A DNA stretch of 62,545 nucleotides, filler included, from Choristocarpus tenellus KU-1152 (GCA_964200185.2; 12 parts of 12 records of this genome joined end to end with filler, not necessarily neighbours in it), one strand, 5' to 3'. Positions 11,011 through 22,970 are shown, numbered from the whole stretch's first letter. The notes: a model not told the origin generated them from the sequence alone. Made by a program: numbers and translations.

Positions 11011-12521
11011 TATATATATGTCACATGTACCAAGGAATATCATGGTACATAATTAAGGGGGGACACGCTGGATATCGTGGTGCGGTCTCTACCTCCGGGC
11101 TTCAAGTTTCACAGAAATCGAAGGCTGAGTTTGGGCGGAGCGTACGCGCTGGTGATTGCCGTGTGTCGAGAGGGGGACTCGCGCTTGATCGAGTGGACCA
11201 GTCAATCACTGCGGGTTAAGAAATCAAAGAGGGGTCGCGACTACAATAACAGAGAGGGTGTATTCTTGGCGAAGCTCGATAATGGCTGGCTGCTCTCTGA
11301 TGAGCTTTTAGGCATAACAGTGGAGCTACAATAACACACACAGGGGATGAGACATGGAGGATCACGACGCTTCTTTTCCCGTGAAAAAACTCGTGCTAGG
11401 AGAGGAGAAACAGCCCTCCACGCCAGACACTGGACGACGAGCGGATGGATGTCTAAGTAACTTGATCTTGGTGAGGAAAATCGGCCCTCTCGCCCACTAC
11501 ACCTCAACCAACTCCAACCTATCTCATAATGTTACGAGTGATTCAAGGTTTATTTCGACGAAAAATTCGACTCTGATCAAAAGTTAGAGGAGGACAAATT
11601 CTGTCCGACATGACTTTTAACAACATAGGAGAATCACCAAAAGGAATCACTTACACCGTTCAAAGAAAACTCTACATAGAAAAATGTCATGAACATGTGG
11701 ACATTCAATCTATATATATCTTGTTAAGAATAATTGACACGAACATATCAACCATGCTCCCTGACGCTTTCAGTTACATATTATGTTTTAATATTCACAT
11801 CTCATTCTGTCCAATTCTGATAACTTTGCTTTGGCTTTTTCATTGGTTTTGGCCCATACACATCCACAAAAAGTCAACGGTATGATTATTATACTCCGTT
11901 TTAATAATATAATATACTCCGTTTTTGTTGAAATGGTATGATGAGACCGTTGCAGAGAAGAGTGATGTTATTTTTATTGATGGTTTTTCTGACATACAAG
12001 TACTTTTCATTAGTTTTTCGCTTGATATATCTACAAAATGTGAGCGGGCATAATAATAAAAATAGATGATGAGTTGTTTCTAGAAATTATTACCAAAACG
12101 AATCATTTAGATCGCTTTCAGAAAATTCTACATAGAAAAATGTCCCAAGCATCTATATCTTCTATATCTTATTAATATATGTATTTAACTTACACAAAGA
12201 CATGAGCCATTGTCCCACAGGTTTTTTGGTTAGATACGATCGTAATTCATATCTTATTCTACACAACTATCGCGTTCGAATGGTGTGTGGTGTTAAAGTA
12301 ATTTCTGAGAGGTAGGCTATGATCAGCAAGCAGTGCGAACTGGTTGGTTGGTTGATCGCGCCAAGGGAAGCACCCATGGAAATGGAGAGAGATGAACCTT
12401 CACCAATTGAGGTCAGTGCAAGCGTCACCTGCGGATCAGTTAAAGTAGAAGAGAAGGAGGAGGGTATATTTGTGGCAGTGTAGACGGGCACAATAATATC
12501 CTTACGTGCATCCACCCTGTT

Positions 12522-12551
12522 GAGTCAAAGTATCTTAGAGGGTAGAGCCGC
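12522..12551 (+). mobile_element. MITE family A, left end truncated by contig end
   Basis: GAGTCAAAGTATCTTAGAGGGTAGAGCCGC immediately before the spacer. Confidence 0.8.
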
Positions 12552-13032
12552 NNNNNNNNNNNNNNNNNNNNNNNNNNNNNNNNNNNNNNNNNNNNTTAAT
12601 TAATTAANNNNNNNNNNNNNNNNNNNNNNNNNNNNNNNNNNNNNNNNNNNNTGAATTGTGAACCAAAATAAAGAAAAGGGGGCTTTGAGGGCTACTTCAC
12701 ATAATCCCCATTTGGCAGCCTCTGTCGGGGGGGGGACACATATTTCTTTTCAGAGACAGAACACATTCTACCTAGTACCAATATTTTTAGCATTAGGACT
12801 GGGTATATTTGAAGAAAGAGAGATCGCACTTTATCCTCAATTGTGCGGGTGTCTTGGAGATAGCAACTCTTGCAACAGTGTTTATGTTTAAAAGAGGAAA
12901 GAAATTTCTGACACACAAGTCAAATTATTATTTGGGAATTCTACTTCAGTCAGACCTCCACATTGTTTTTTGTGACGAATGAGGGTACAAGCGTTTGTAA
13001 TGATGACCTTGACACACCTCAGTGCTGCTTAC

Positions 13033-16000
13033 TGTCTCTGCAAGGGCACCCGATTCTGCTGAGCGCTGCCTTGCTGCAGCAGCCTCAAGGTTCTCGTGGA
13101 GGCCCTCACTCTCCAGACACGACCGAAAGAGGTAGAGAATAGCGCCTGCCAAGGTATTCAGAGTTGTGTGCTTGTTTTTCTATTTATGCACACATTTGCT
13201 GTATCACATGCCTGATATTGCCCACTGGGTGGTGCACATCTAGATTCCAGTCTTTGCAAAGAGTCAAAGATATTTAAGAGGGTAGGGCCTCATCCGTTCA
13301 GGGTCATAAATCCAATCTTGCGATTTTGATGAATTTTGGCTATAGTGTTTTTTAACAAATGTCAATATCCTTGCTCTAGACACACCTTTCATAGTCGTAT
13401 ATATTTTAGGTAACTTCGTTCACAAGGAAAACCGAAAAAGGACGTAAAACACCCATGGGAAACCAAGTGGTATAGGACAAACAGGGCGAAACTCCTACCC
13501 TATTAAATGCTTTCGCTCAAATACAGCTGCTATAAAGGTTGATTTATATCCATCCACATAAGCCCCTCTGGACAGCAGGGCTCAATATGAAGAGGTTCCT
13601 TAGTGGCACTAATCCTGGTGAAATCGACTCCACATCCAACCTGGAACTGAAGTATCACTGAAGCTTCGCAATGTGAGTATTTTGGGGGCAGTACTGGACG
13701 AACGGAAAAGATGCAAACATTTGAGGGACGGATATTTTCCGAGGTAAAACACACTCACACTAATTAAAAAAAAAACATGGCATCCCGTTGGAGTACGTGC
13801 TGCTTGCCTTGAAGACATTCCCTGTCCCTCCAAATGTTGCTATTCAATGTGGAAGTTGATACGGCAAACGGTTGGGATGGCTAGTTTATCGATTTGAGTT
13901 TTCTATTGTCACTAGTATTACGGAATCGTGTTACTGTGATTAAGTACTGTGGAGTACATACTTTTGAAACATGGCAGTCTTTGCGCGACTCAGACGATTC
14001 TCATGGATTTGGCCGTCCTTGTCTTAAGTGAGTTTTCCGTTTTTGAGCGAGTCGTAGACCTTAGGGCGGACTTACAACAAATCGGATGGAAGCGTCTTTG
14101 GCAATGCATGCTTTTATTGGAATGGGTACCTGATGCTCGTGCATCATAGACCAAAAACTGTGGATATTATTCGACTTCACACCAGTCGTAACGGGCATTT
14201 ATTTCTCGTTTGGATTTTTCGTAAGCCTTTCCACGAAATACGCAAACAACAAAAACAACAAAAACATCGTTATGACACACCCTCACACGGACGTCAGAAA
14301 AAAATTGAAAGTTGTTGCATTGTTGGGACACAGTGTCAGTGAGAAGAAAATGCGCAACTATGTATGAAGTAGGGAGGAATCTCCCCATGCATCTTTTTTT
14401 GTCTCGTTTTTGGGGGATATACCGTAAAGTCAACTGACCAACACTCTCCAAGGATTTCGTGACAGCAGATATCTCGCCTCCAATCAAAGAGTGGGCATCT
14501 CTGGTTTGCTTCAACTGTACGGCTCAACGTAATCGCCAGGCAACGGAGAGATTCGCGGGTGCATTAAGGGGTTGGGTGGGTAAGATGGGAGTGTGGATCA
14601 AACAGGTCAAACGGGAAGCAGAGGAGGGGAAAAAAAGAAACTTCACAATTATTTTGCTGCGATCTTTTTCTTTTCTTCAAGTAGCTAGACTGGTGCAAGG
14701 AAAAAAAACAAAACAGTCGAGCTCCCCCCCTGAGATTCTCACAAGGATTGCAGCTTCTGATAAGCTTCGTACCTCTGAGTCCAGGTCACTTATCCTCTGC
14801 TTGAGTGTGTCTTGTTCGCCGTACAGTGCCAGGCTCAGGTCCCTTGTCGGGAATCTCTGTGGGTACCCCGGCTGCCAAACATCTGTGTCCACAAACTGGT
14901 GTTGAGTGTGCCCATTCCCACGGGAGGAGGAGAAGAAGGGAGCAGGAAGAAAATTTTGATTATGTAATGTATTTGTCATGACGTACACGGTACCTCTAGC
15001 TTCCTTCACACCACCTCTCTTTGCCTTCTGTTGTACAAGTACTGTGGAGTAGGACCCGAACAATGCAGGTGCTCCTCCCCTTCCTCCACCTTAGTTTGCC
15101 CCCGAATCCCCACCCCTACATAACCCTAGTCAGTCACTCCACCTTCACATCACCTCTCCTCTAAGAGCGGCTCCAACTCTACCAACCTCTCTTTCTGAAC
15201 GGATTTTTACACTCAACAGTTACTCTGGGGTAGTTTCAGCCAGGTCGTCTCCCACCAGGCCCCAGAGTAAAGGTGTTTGAAATATGGCGCCTTGATTAAA
15301 ATGAATACCAAGCAAGAGGATTGTGCCTGGCGGCAGAATGCTTGCATCATTCCCACACAACACTCCTGCACTTACTTCCCTCTCACATTCACCCTCAAGG
15401 TCTCACCCAACCTGCTTCCCCTACTGACGACCCAAGCTCCCACCCGCCCCACTACCCCCTGTCCTGCTACCCCTGTGTCAACATACCGCACTGTGATGTC
15501 CTTCCAGAAGACGAAGCTCCTCTTCAACAATTGACAGGCGGTGGTGACAGGTCTGCATTGACCTCCACGTCCGAGCCTTTGCTTCGACAAACACTTTTTC
15601 CTGTTCAGTAGGACAGACCAGGGGGGATGTGATGGGGGTGAGGGAGGTGAGTGACTGGGCGGGGCGTTTCAGGCTAGGAATGAAGACGGAGAGATGGGGT
15701 GTGGTGGGCTTTTGAAGGTTTTCTATTGTGTTGTTTCATGTTTTTCAAGATGAGTGGAAGTAAGAAGATCATTTCCTTACACGTCGGCGGACACATAGAC
15801 CACAACATTGCACTGCCATTTGTTTTATTATTTATTTATTACTTTTTTACCTTTCCAATTCAAATGTAAGAAGGACGGAGTATTCATGACTGACTCTATG
15901 ACCGCAACATAATGTGCCCGTCGAATGCTCGTCACGTTATAATATAAACTTTGGCAAAAAGTCCACAGCTGATCCCTGTACTAGTGCACTCAACCTTACA

Positions 16001-16720
16001 AATGAGAGTCCTTCCATCACCTGTATCCGAAGCAGTGCTACGTGCTTTCGTAGTAGTCCGAAAACGCCTTCCACCTTGGTTAGGGTTAGGGTAAGAAGAA
16101 GGTGAAGGCTAGGGATAGGGTTTGGTTAGAATTTCGGAGTTAATGTTGTTACCGATAGGGCTTGGCCAGGCTCTGGTGTAGAAAAGTAACGAGTCAAAGT
16201 ATCTTAGAGGGTAGAGCCGTGTCCGTTTGGCGGCCAAAATCTAATGTTGAAATTTTGATAATATTTGGATATCGTGTTTGTTAGGAGGTGTAAATATCCT
16301 TGTTCCAGACGCACCTTTTCATAACACGTACATTTTACCTACTCCCAAACTTTCGGAGTAAGTAAAATGTAATAAAAAAACATGGGAAGCCAAGCCCAAA
16401 TGGACAAACAAGGCAAAACTCATACCCTCTAAGATACTTTCACTTAACAGTCAAAGTACACTTCTTGCTGCTGCTTCAGAAGATAATAAAGCTTCAACTT
16501 TCACCCTCACGATTCTTAGCATTCCCTCTTCCCTCTCTTTTGCTCTGTGCACTAACCTCAAAAATTCTTCCCAAATCTGTGCTTTTGGAAATCCACCGAC
16601 CTGGGGAAAACACTCCCTTGCTTTGTCCAGACAGTCATGAAAGCCAGAAGCTATTCGCTCACGCCGGGCTCGGAAGACAACTCCTTGTCTCCTCAGCTTT
16701 CGCCGGGCTTCGTAGTTTTC
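13033..16720 (-). CDS. Multi-exon gene fragment, unknown helical/coiled-coil protein: exons about 16720-16601, 16074-16021, 15600-15487, 14895-14773, ~13146-13033
   Basis: The first four exons are canonical, phase 0 and splice to ENYEARRKLRRQG...RECFPQ|VEGVFGLLRKHVALLRIQ|EKVFVEAKARTWRSMQTCHHRLSIVEEELRLLEGHHSA|FVDTDVWQPGYPQRFPTRDLSLALYGEQDTLKQRISDLDSE. The last exon's boundaries are less sure. No family recognised. Confidence 0.6.
13261..13518 (+). mobile_element. MITE family A, diverged copy
   Basis: GAGTCAAAGATATTTAAGAGGGTAG...CTACCCTATTAAATGCTTTCGCTC; AAA on both flanks. Confidence 0.8.
16191..16445 (+). mobile_element. MITE family A copy (intronic)
   Basis: GAGTCAAAGTATCTTAGAGGGTAG...ATACCCTCTAAGATACTTTCACTT; AAC on both flanks (3-bp TSD). 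Confidence 0.9.
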
Positions 16721-17171
16721 CTTTTTAGTTTAGAGACAAGGGGGCCAGGGCGAGGGGGGACACTATTTTCAAAACAAGAACTACATAAGAATATATTTTT
16801 ATAAAAATAATAATCCAAGAATATTAGTAATGAAATATATACTAAAGAATGTTATAGTCTTACGAAACTGTAACTAAGAACAATAACTATGAATGCTCCT
16901 GTGGTGATCGCACGAGGAATAGAAATTCATCGGTAGGAGAGGATGATAACTTTTTCGGAATGAGTGAGGGGAAAGAGTATGAGAGGGGAGGGGAGAACTT
17001 ACTGGAGACGTAGAGGTGGGGGGTAGGGGGAGTAGGAGTGGAACGACCCCCAAGAGAGAGAGTGGTCAGTGGAGTGGGGGGCCTGGGTGGATTTTGGATA
17101 AGAAGAGAAGTAGACATTGAGAGAGATGGGTCTTAGAGTAAGATGAAATTCATAGTATTAGTAATGATAGT

Positions 17172-17351
17172 GGTCAAAGTATCTGGGGGGGGGGGGTTTG
17201 TGAGGGGGCGTCCGTTTCGATCAAACATTTTTTTTTTTTGCTGACGTTTCAAATCCGACACATGCGACCAAATCACACCAAACAAGTGAAAATCGAAAAA
17301 AGGGTGAAAAACGGACGTCGCACCACACCCACCCCACCACCCCCCACACCG
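17172..17351. mobile_element. MITE family B-like, truncated at contig end
   Basis: GGTCAAAGTATCTGGGGGGG start; internal GCGACCAAATCAC shared with other B copies. B ends also lie at or near contig starts (20595, 35866, 46678, 53711). Confidence 0.65.
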
Positions 17352-18177
17352 NNNNNNNNNNNNNNNNNNNNNNNNNNNNNNNNNNNNNNNNNNNNTTAAT
17401 TAATTAANNNNNNNNNNNNNNNNNNNNNNNNNNNNNNNNNNNNNNNNNNNNGGTTAGGGTTGGTTTCGGCCCCCCTATTGAATTCTATGGCACTCATATC
17501 AGGGTTAGGGTTAGGGTCGACTTGAAGGCCTTACCGATTTCTGAAGGCACTCTTGAACCTCGTCGCATTATTTTTTCTATTTTTTTCACCGTGTGCCCAC
17601 ACACCTGAAAAAAAAAACTATTTTCAAAACATTGGGAGGGCGTGATGGCCGCACAAGAAGATTGTGCACAAACACATCGCTAGCCCGAAGCACTCTCGAC
17701 GGGGCACCTAAAGCGCATCATGCGGGCCCTCGAAACTCAAAAGACGCACTCATATACCCCACTCTCGGATGGTATATACATCACACAACGCCCACTTACA
17801 GCGGAAATCCTCACTCGAGGAGGACAAGCACACAAAAAGGTTGAAACTACAGCCACCTCCTGACGGACAAAGCATGTAACAGGGGCCTACTGCTCTACGA
17901 CCGACTTTGACCCTCTCCAGCAGACCTTCCTTCCGCTGTCCCTTTCGTGAGATAGAGGGGCAATCAATTGAACCTCCTCCATATCGCCAAGATTGCAGGC
18001 CAGGAGGCGGAGAGGAACAAAGACATACGTGTAAGCGCCCAAAAAGGTCAAAGTCACACACGACAGAGCTAATGTTATCGGTCCCTGTGACCTGAACTCG
18101 AGTTCTAACTCTGGTCCTACAAAAACCGTCGGTACCGCAAAGGGGTACTGTAACGAAGGTTCTGCAACGAGGGAACC

Positions 18178-18342
18178 AACAAATTTGAGGTACAGCACTG
18201 AGCGATAGGTAACAAATTTGAGGTACAGCACTGAGCAATAGATAACAAATTCGAGGTACAGCACTGAGCAATAGATAACAAATTTAAGGTACAGCACTGA
18301 GCAATAGATAACAAATTTGAGGTACAGCACTGAGAGATAGAT
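18178..18342. repeat. Minisatellite, 33-bp unit x 5
   Basis: AACAAATTTGAGGTACAGCACTGAGCAATAGAT repeated head-to-tail with no spacers. Confidence 0.95.
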
Positions 18343-18803
18343 GGAGGCACACAGGCACATACACAGCCTAAAAAAAAGAGTCCTATGATGTGATACAACG
18401 CAATGCAACAAAAAATAAAAAAATAAACAGATAAATAACGGGGAGGACACGGAGGAGACTGAGCAAACCTCCTGCCCAATATTTTTTTTCTTTACAAAAC
18501 GAATTTTGCTTGCGGAATATTTTCCGAGAAGAACTAAGGCACCACTTCAAAAAGGCAAGGGTCACAAATATTACGCATTTCGAATTCTTGGTCGTTAAAT
18601 TTTAGTTTTTTTTTTCAATCAACTATTACAAGAAAAAAAAATTATGTGCCTGTGCTGCTCAGCCGTTGTCTTTCTTGTCCATGGGTATTATAACCCTAAC
18701 CCTAACCCTAACCCTGTTTGCTGATTGAAGAGGGGAAGTGGTGGCATGGTATAAAAGTGGAGGCTGTGTCCAAGGTGCATCCGCAGGTATGTTAAATCAC
18801 CAC

Positions 18804-19570
18804 CTGCAAACAGGAGTCATCCTCCCAGAAGCAGTCCTTGCCCCCGAAAGAGCTTGCTGTCAAGTTTCCTGTGGAATAGTCGTAAGTATTCTCCTGGCAG
18901 TGGTTGGAGTTGCAAAAGTGGCACCCATCATCCCAAGTAATTCCTGTCACCTGGAATGGGAGGATTCAAGTTGGGCGGGGGGTGAGGTTTGCATTGGTTG
19001 AAGGCGAGAACGGTAGCAGAAGAACAAGAAGGGGGCGTCCAGCACTTCAGCGACTAATCGCAAGAGACCTGGCTGGGGTGGTCCCAGTCGCCGATCGGAT
19101 CATGCTCGCTTGATGATATCAACAACTACAACACTGCACTGAAAAAAATATATGAAATACCGGTCCAGTTCAACGCATGAAAAGGAAAATTAAAAAAGAT
19201 GAAAATAAATAAATAAATATATATATATGTGTGTATGTATGTATGTGTGTGTGTTTGTGTGTATGCGTGTGTATGAATGTATGTATGTATGTATGTATGT
19301 ATGTATGTATGTATGTATGTATGTATGTATGTATGCATGTACTTTTTCACAACTACACGTAGACACACCAGACACGTAGACGAAATGTACCACCTACCTT
19401 CCCATTGTCCACATCAACGATCGCAGTGAACAGCGGGAACGTCTTCCCCTCACTGCTCAAGCGAAACGCCTTCTGAAAAGAAATCTTTCCCATGCTCTCC
19501 ACGTGCATCCCAACATCCGGCCCGTAGGTCCCCAGGATCTTATCGTCCCTCACTAGGTCTGATTCCCACG
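18804..19570 (-). CDS. Gene fragment, Cys-rich protein of unknown function: exons 19570-19398, 18950-18804
   Basis: Canonical exons splice to WESDLVRDDKILGTYGPDVGMHVESMGKISFQKAFRLSSEGKTFPLFTAIVDVDNGK|VTGITWDDGCHFCNSNHCQENTYDYSTGNLTASSFGGKDCFWEDDSCLQ. Confidence 0.7.
19226..19340. repeat. Compound microsatellite (TATG)n/(TG)n in an intron
   Basis: Long ATGT run with TG interruptions. Confidence 0.95.
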
Positions 19571-20614
19571 CTGAAGAGGAACACAATGGAGGCACAAAAT
19601 TGCAATGGTGGAGAAGTGCACAGAGAGGTCCATAAGATAAGTAGGCGGGAAGAGTGGGGAATCATGCAGATGTGTGTGTGTGTGTGCCTTGAGTCTTATG
19701 TATACTACAATTGGGGTACCGTAAAGGTGTTTTTTCTCATCGCTGCGGCGGAGGACACCCTCTTACTTCCGTTCTCTCTATACATACACCTTTTAAATAT
19801 TTTCTGCCGTAGTTTTTTTCTTCTCGGGACCTTCCTAACAATTTTTTTTTTTTCAAGTAGAACTGTGAATATCAAAGGCTACGTTCTCTTTTTTTGCCCT
19901 TTCGCTACACAGCTTTTCGGCAGTTACATTGGCACGTTAAAAAAAGAAAGTGTTAATTGGTCTTTTAGCTATTAGCTATCTCAGTAGCAGAGATATTTCC
20001 AGTCGAGTACCCACATCACTCCTGAGGTCTGGGAGTTGCAAAATGAACAGCATAAAAAGCACTTCACTCAACAAAAAAAATGCCAAAAAAAAAAAAACGC
20101 TCCGAAAGTCGAAAATATTCTCGACTATCGCTTTTGTCGGTCAACGCCACACCAGTAGTGCAAACCCTAACCCCAACAAGCAAAAAAAATTAACTTCAGG
20201 TCAGGTGATGATAATATTAAAAAAGAGTTATCTTGTGGCACACAAAGAGCGCAGCAGTGTTCCTGACCAGCGGGAATGGATCAGGCCTCCACATAAACGA
20301 GTCAACAGATTTTTCCGATAATGATCCTGTCAATTTCTAGACCAAGGGGGGGGGGGGGGGGGGGGGGGCAGACCCATTTGTTGTGGGGAGGTGGTTTTAA
20401 AAAAACAAAAACAAACCCAAAAAAAACACGCGGGGGNNNNNNNNNNNNNNNNNNNNNNNNNNNNNNNNNNNNNNNNNNNNTTAATTAATTAANNNNNNNN
20501 NNNNNNNNNNNNNNNNNNNNNNNNNNNNNNNNNNNNCAAATAACCCAAAAATCGCGACATGAAAAAATTAACCCAAACGAACAGCCGCCACCCCCTCCCA
20601 GATACTTCGAGTCA

Positions 20615-21425
20615 GCACAAGAGTCATATCACCAAAACTATGATCATTGCAGCAAACGTCCGCCCAGATTCGGCTCACAGCTTTGATGGAATGCTTGGTG
20701 TTTGGCGTGTGTGCGCGCCAAAAATGGCAGACAGGACAAGGAAGAACCATAAAAAGGGGGATGTGTATGAGCAGGACTGTACCTTAGACCATTTGTGGTA
20801 CACGGGGGAGTTACTGCCTGCAATCAAAGACCAAGATGCCTTGGTTGCAGGGGAAGCATGTTGTCGTTCAGCAAGACGGTTCCACCCCCCACACGAGCAA
20901 GAGCAACTCAGAAATCTTATCAGGGGCAGGGAAAACTGAGGGGTGGTCGAATAGGCTTGTGGCGCAGCCATCTAACTCCCCCGACCTCAATATCATGGAC
21001 CTGTGCTTCTTCAGGTCTTTGAAATGCCGAGTGATGTGGGAACAGCTTGGGTCCGTCGAGGAGATGGGAAGGTACTTTTGAAACAGTATGAGGAGAATGA
21101 TGAAACCACACTTGAGAGGGCTTGGCAGCTCCTTCTTGTGGTGTATAATCAAGTACTTAGATACAAAGGGGGGAATGAGTTCAGTGTGGAACACACAGGG
21201 TAAGGAAGAGGCAGTTATCTGGTGAGCTTGAAAACACGCCGAAGGTGTAGACATGGAGACTTTTTCTGTGGCCGATAAAATTGGGATGGATGGGGAGTAC
21301 TAATAAAAAGAGCCGAACCTAAGTAGAAAATCGTCAAGGATTCCAAATTCTTTCCGAAATTCATTTCATTAACATCTTCAAAAGTTATAGTCAACGCTGC
21401 ACAGACTTATGGCACGGAAGTAGTA
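20615..21425 (+). mobile_element. Decayed Tc1/mariner transposon (plant-mariner/DD39D-like clade), 3' half of the transposase plus right end
   Basis: HKSHITKTM...FDGMLGVW...LPAIK / MPW...VVVQQDGSTPH...RLVAQPSNSPDLNIMDLCFFRSLK, with frameshifts; terminus GCACGGAAGTAG-TA resembles ACGGAGGGAG-TA. Confidence 0.85.
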
Positions 21426-22970
21426 GTATTTTTTAGTCATGTCGCATTGGTTAGACATGACAGGTTGAAGCATGTTGTCTGTTGCTTTCTCCTCCATGAC
21501 AACATGTATTTGCCAATGTTCAGGCATCATTGCATGGAATGAATGTGCACAGGTCGAAAAACATAGCACTCGCATATCACAACAAAACATTTTCCGAAGA
21601 ATGGACTTCAACAATGAAAATATTAGAGCGGTGTTCTGAACAACTGGTGTCACAGACCAAATTGGCTTAAATAACGTTTTAGAGCAAATGGCCCAGGTAT
21701 TCATACACCACGAAGAATGATCTGATGGAATTGACAGAGCAAATAAATGTATCTTCAGCGTTTGGTGAACAAACGGGAAGTTACTATGAGGATGTACTAC
21801 GAATGTATATTTTTCCTGTTCACAAAATAGTTTAATTCTTAGACCATTTTTTTCCACGATTGGGTCAAAGTATCCTAGAAGAGGAGCTGCTGTTTGTTAA
21901 TGGTTCTCTGTGACTATTTTCTGACTGGAGGAAGTAGGGTTACCAGAATTATGGCAATGATAATGGGGTGTCCAGCGTAGTATTTATAATCCCAAATAAC
22001 CAAATTCCATTCCCTTCTAGGATACCATGGACCATCTCTTTCTCTGCTTTGAAATAGGGTTCAAGATACGAGGCTATGGCCTTTGAGTGCGTAGCATGGA
22101 TGATTATGACCATGTAAAAATTGTCGATTATGTATGTCAAAATACTTCTACTATTCCTCTGGTTAATTCCAGAACGTTGCACCATTTTGCTTACAAAGAT
22201 TTTTTTGTGCTCGAAAATCAAGAAGTTTGTGGGTTTGAAGTGCCTGACGTCCGTGAAAAATACCTCAAATTCTTAAATCATGCTTTTTTGAAGTATCATA
22301 CCATTAAATACCTATTTGTGATAGTGGTATGGACCGAAAGGATTTTCGGTCAAAATTAAGTCATCTGATAAATTTTGGAATGACTAAATTAAACTGTTGG
22401 TGCATGAGGCGATGGATGCAAAACATTCGCCAGTTAGTTGCCGAGTTGCACATGGCACCACGAAGTGAAAGGCCCTCTGGCTTCAATGAGGCCCCCTTGG
22501 AGTCGCAACGATTTGATGTATAACCTTTTCTGCACTCTTTCTCCATTTCTAAAGGCATGATCTCCTGTAGTATCTGAGACGGTTATTGCTCGTTCGTGTT
22601 TTGATCTCTAGAAGATCAAAGGATATGTGAGTTGAGGGGTTTGACTCTGAAGAGAGAGATGAAATTCGTCATGATTTGATGCCCCTTTTCTACCATTATA
22701 ACACTCTATGGTCATAGCATTCTTGAGATGCCACTGAAGGGCAGAAGTAACATACACCAGTATATATCAGAGAAAATAGACAAGCACAACAACTAACGCA
22801 GATCTGCATTGCTTGCAACTGCGCGGTAGTAGTACATTAAGGAACAATGAAAGGAACGAATACGAAGATTTTTTATATGACATCATCTGTCCTTCTATAC
22901 TACGCACACGTCAAGAGTCTCAATTATAGATAAAGTATATCCTCCTGTTGCTGTGACTGGACTTCTCCAG

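Noticed and set aside
11025-11587. GC-rich ORFs, including an SLPPGFKFH NAC-like motif
   Set aside because: The rest of the NAC domain is absent, NAC is a land-plant family, and no consistent exon model emerged.
18178-18342. 33-bp repeats as a CRISPR array
   Set aside because: Units are directly adjacent with no unique spacers, there are no cas genes, and the context is eukaryotic.
19126-19393. ORFs with HTYI repeats
   Set aside because: Translation of the (TATG)n microsatellite.
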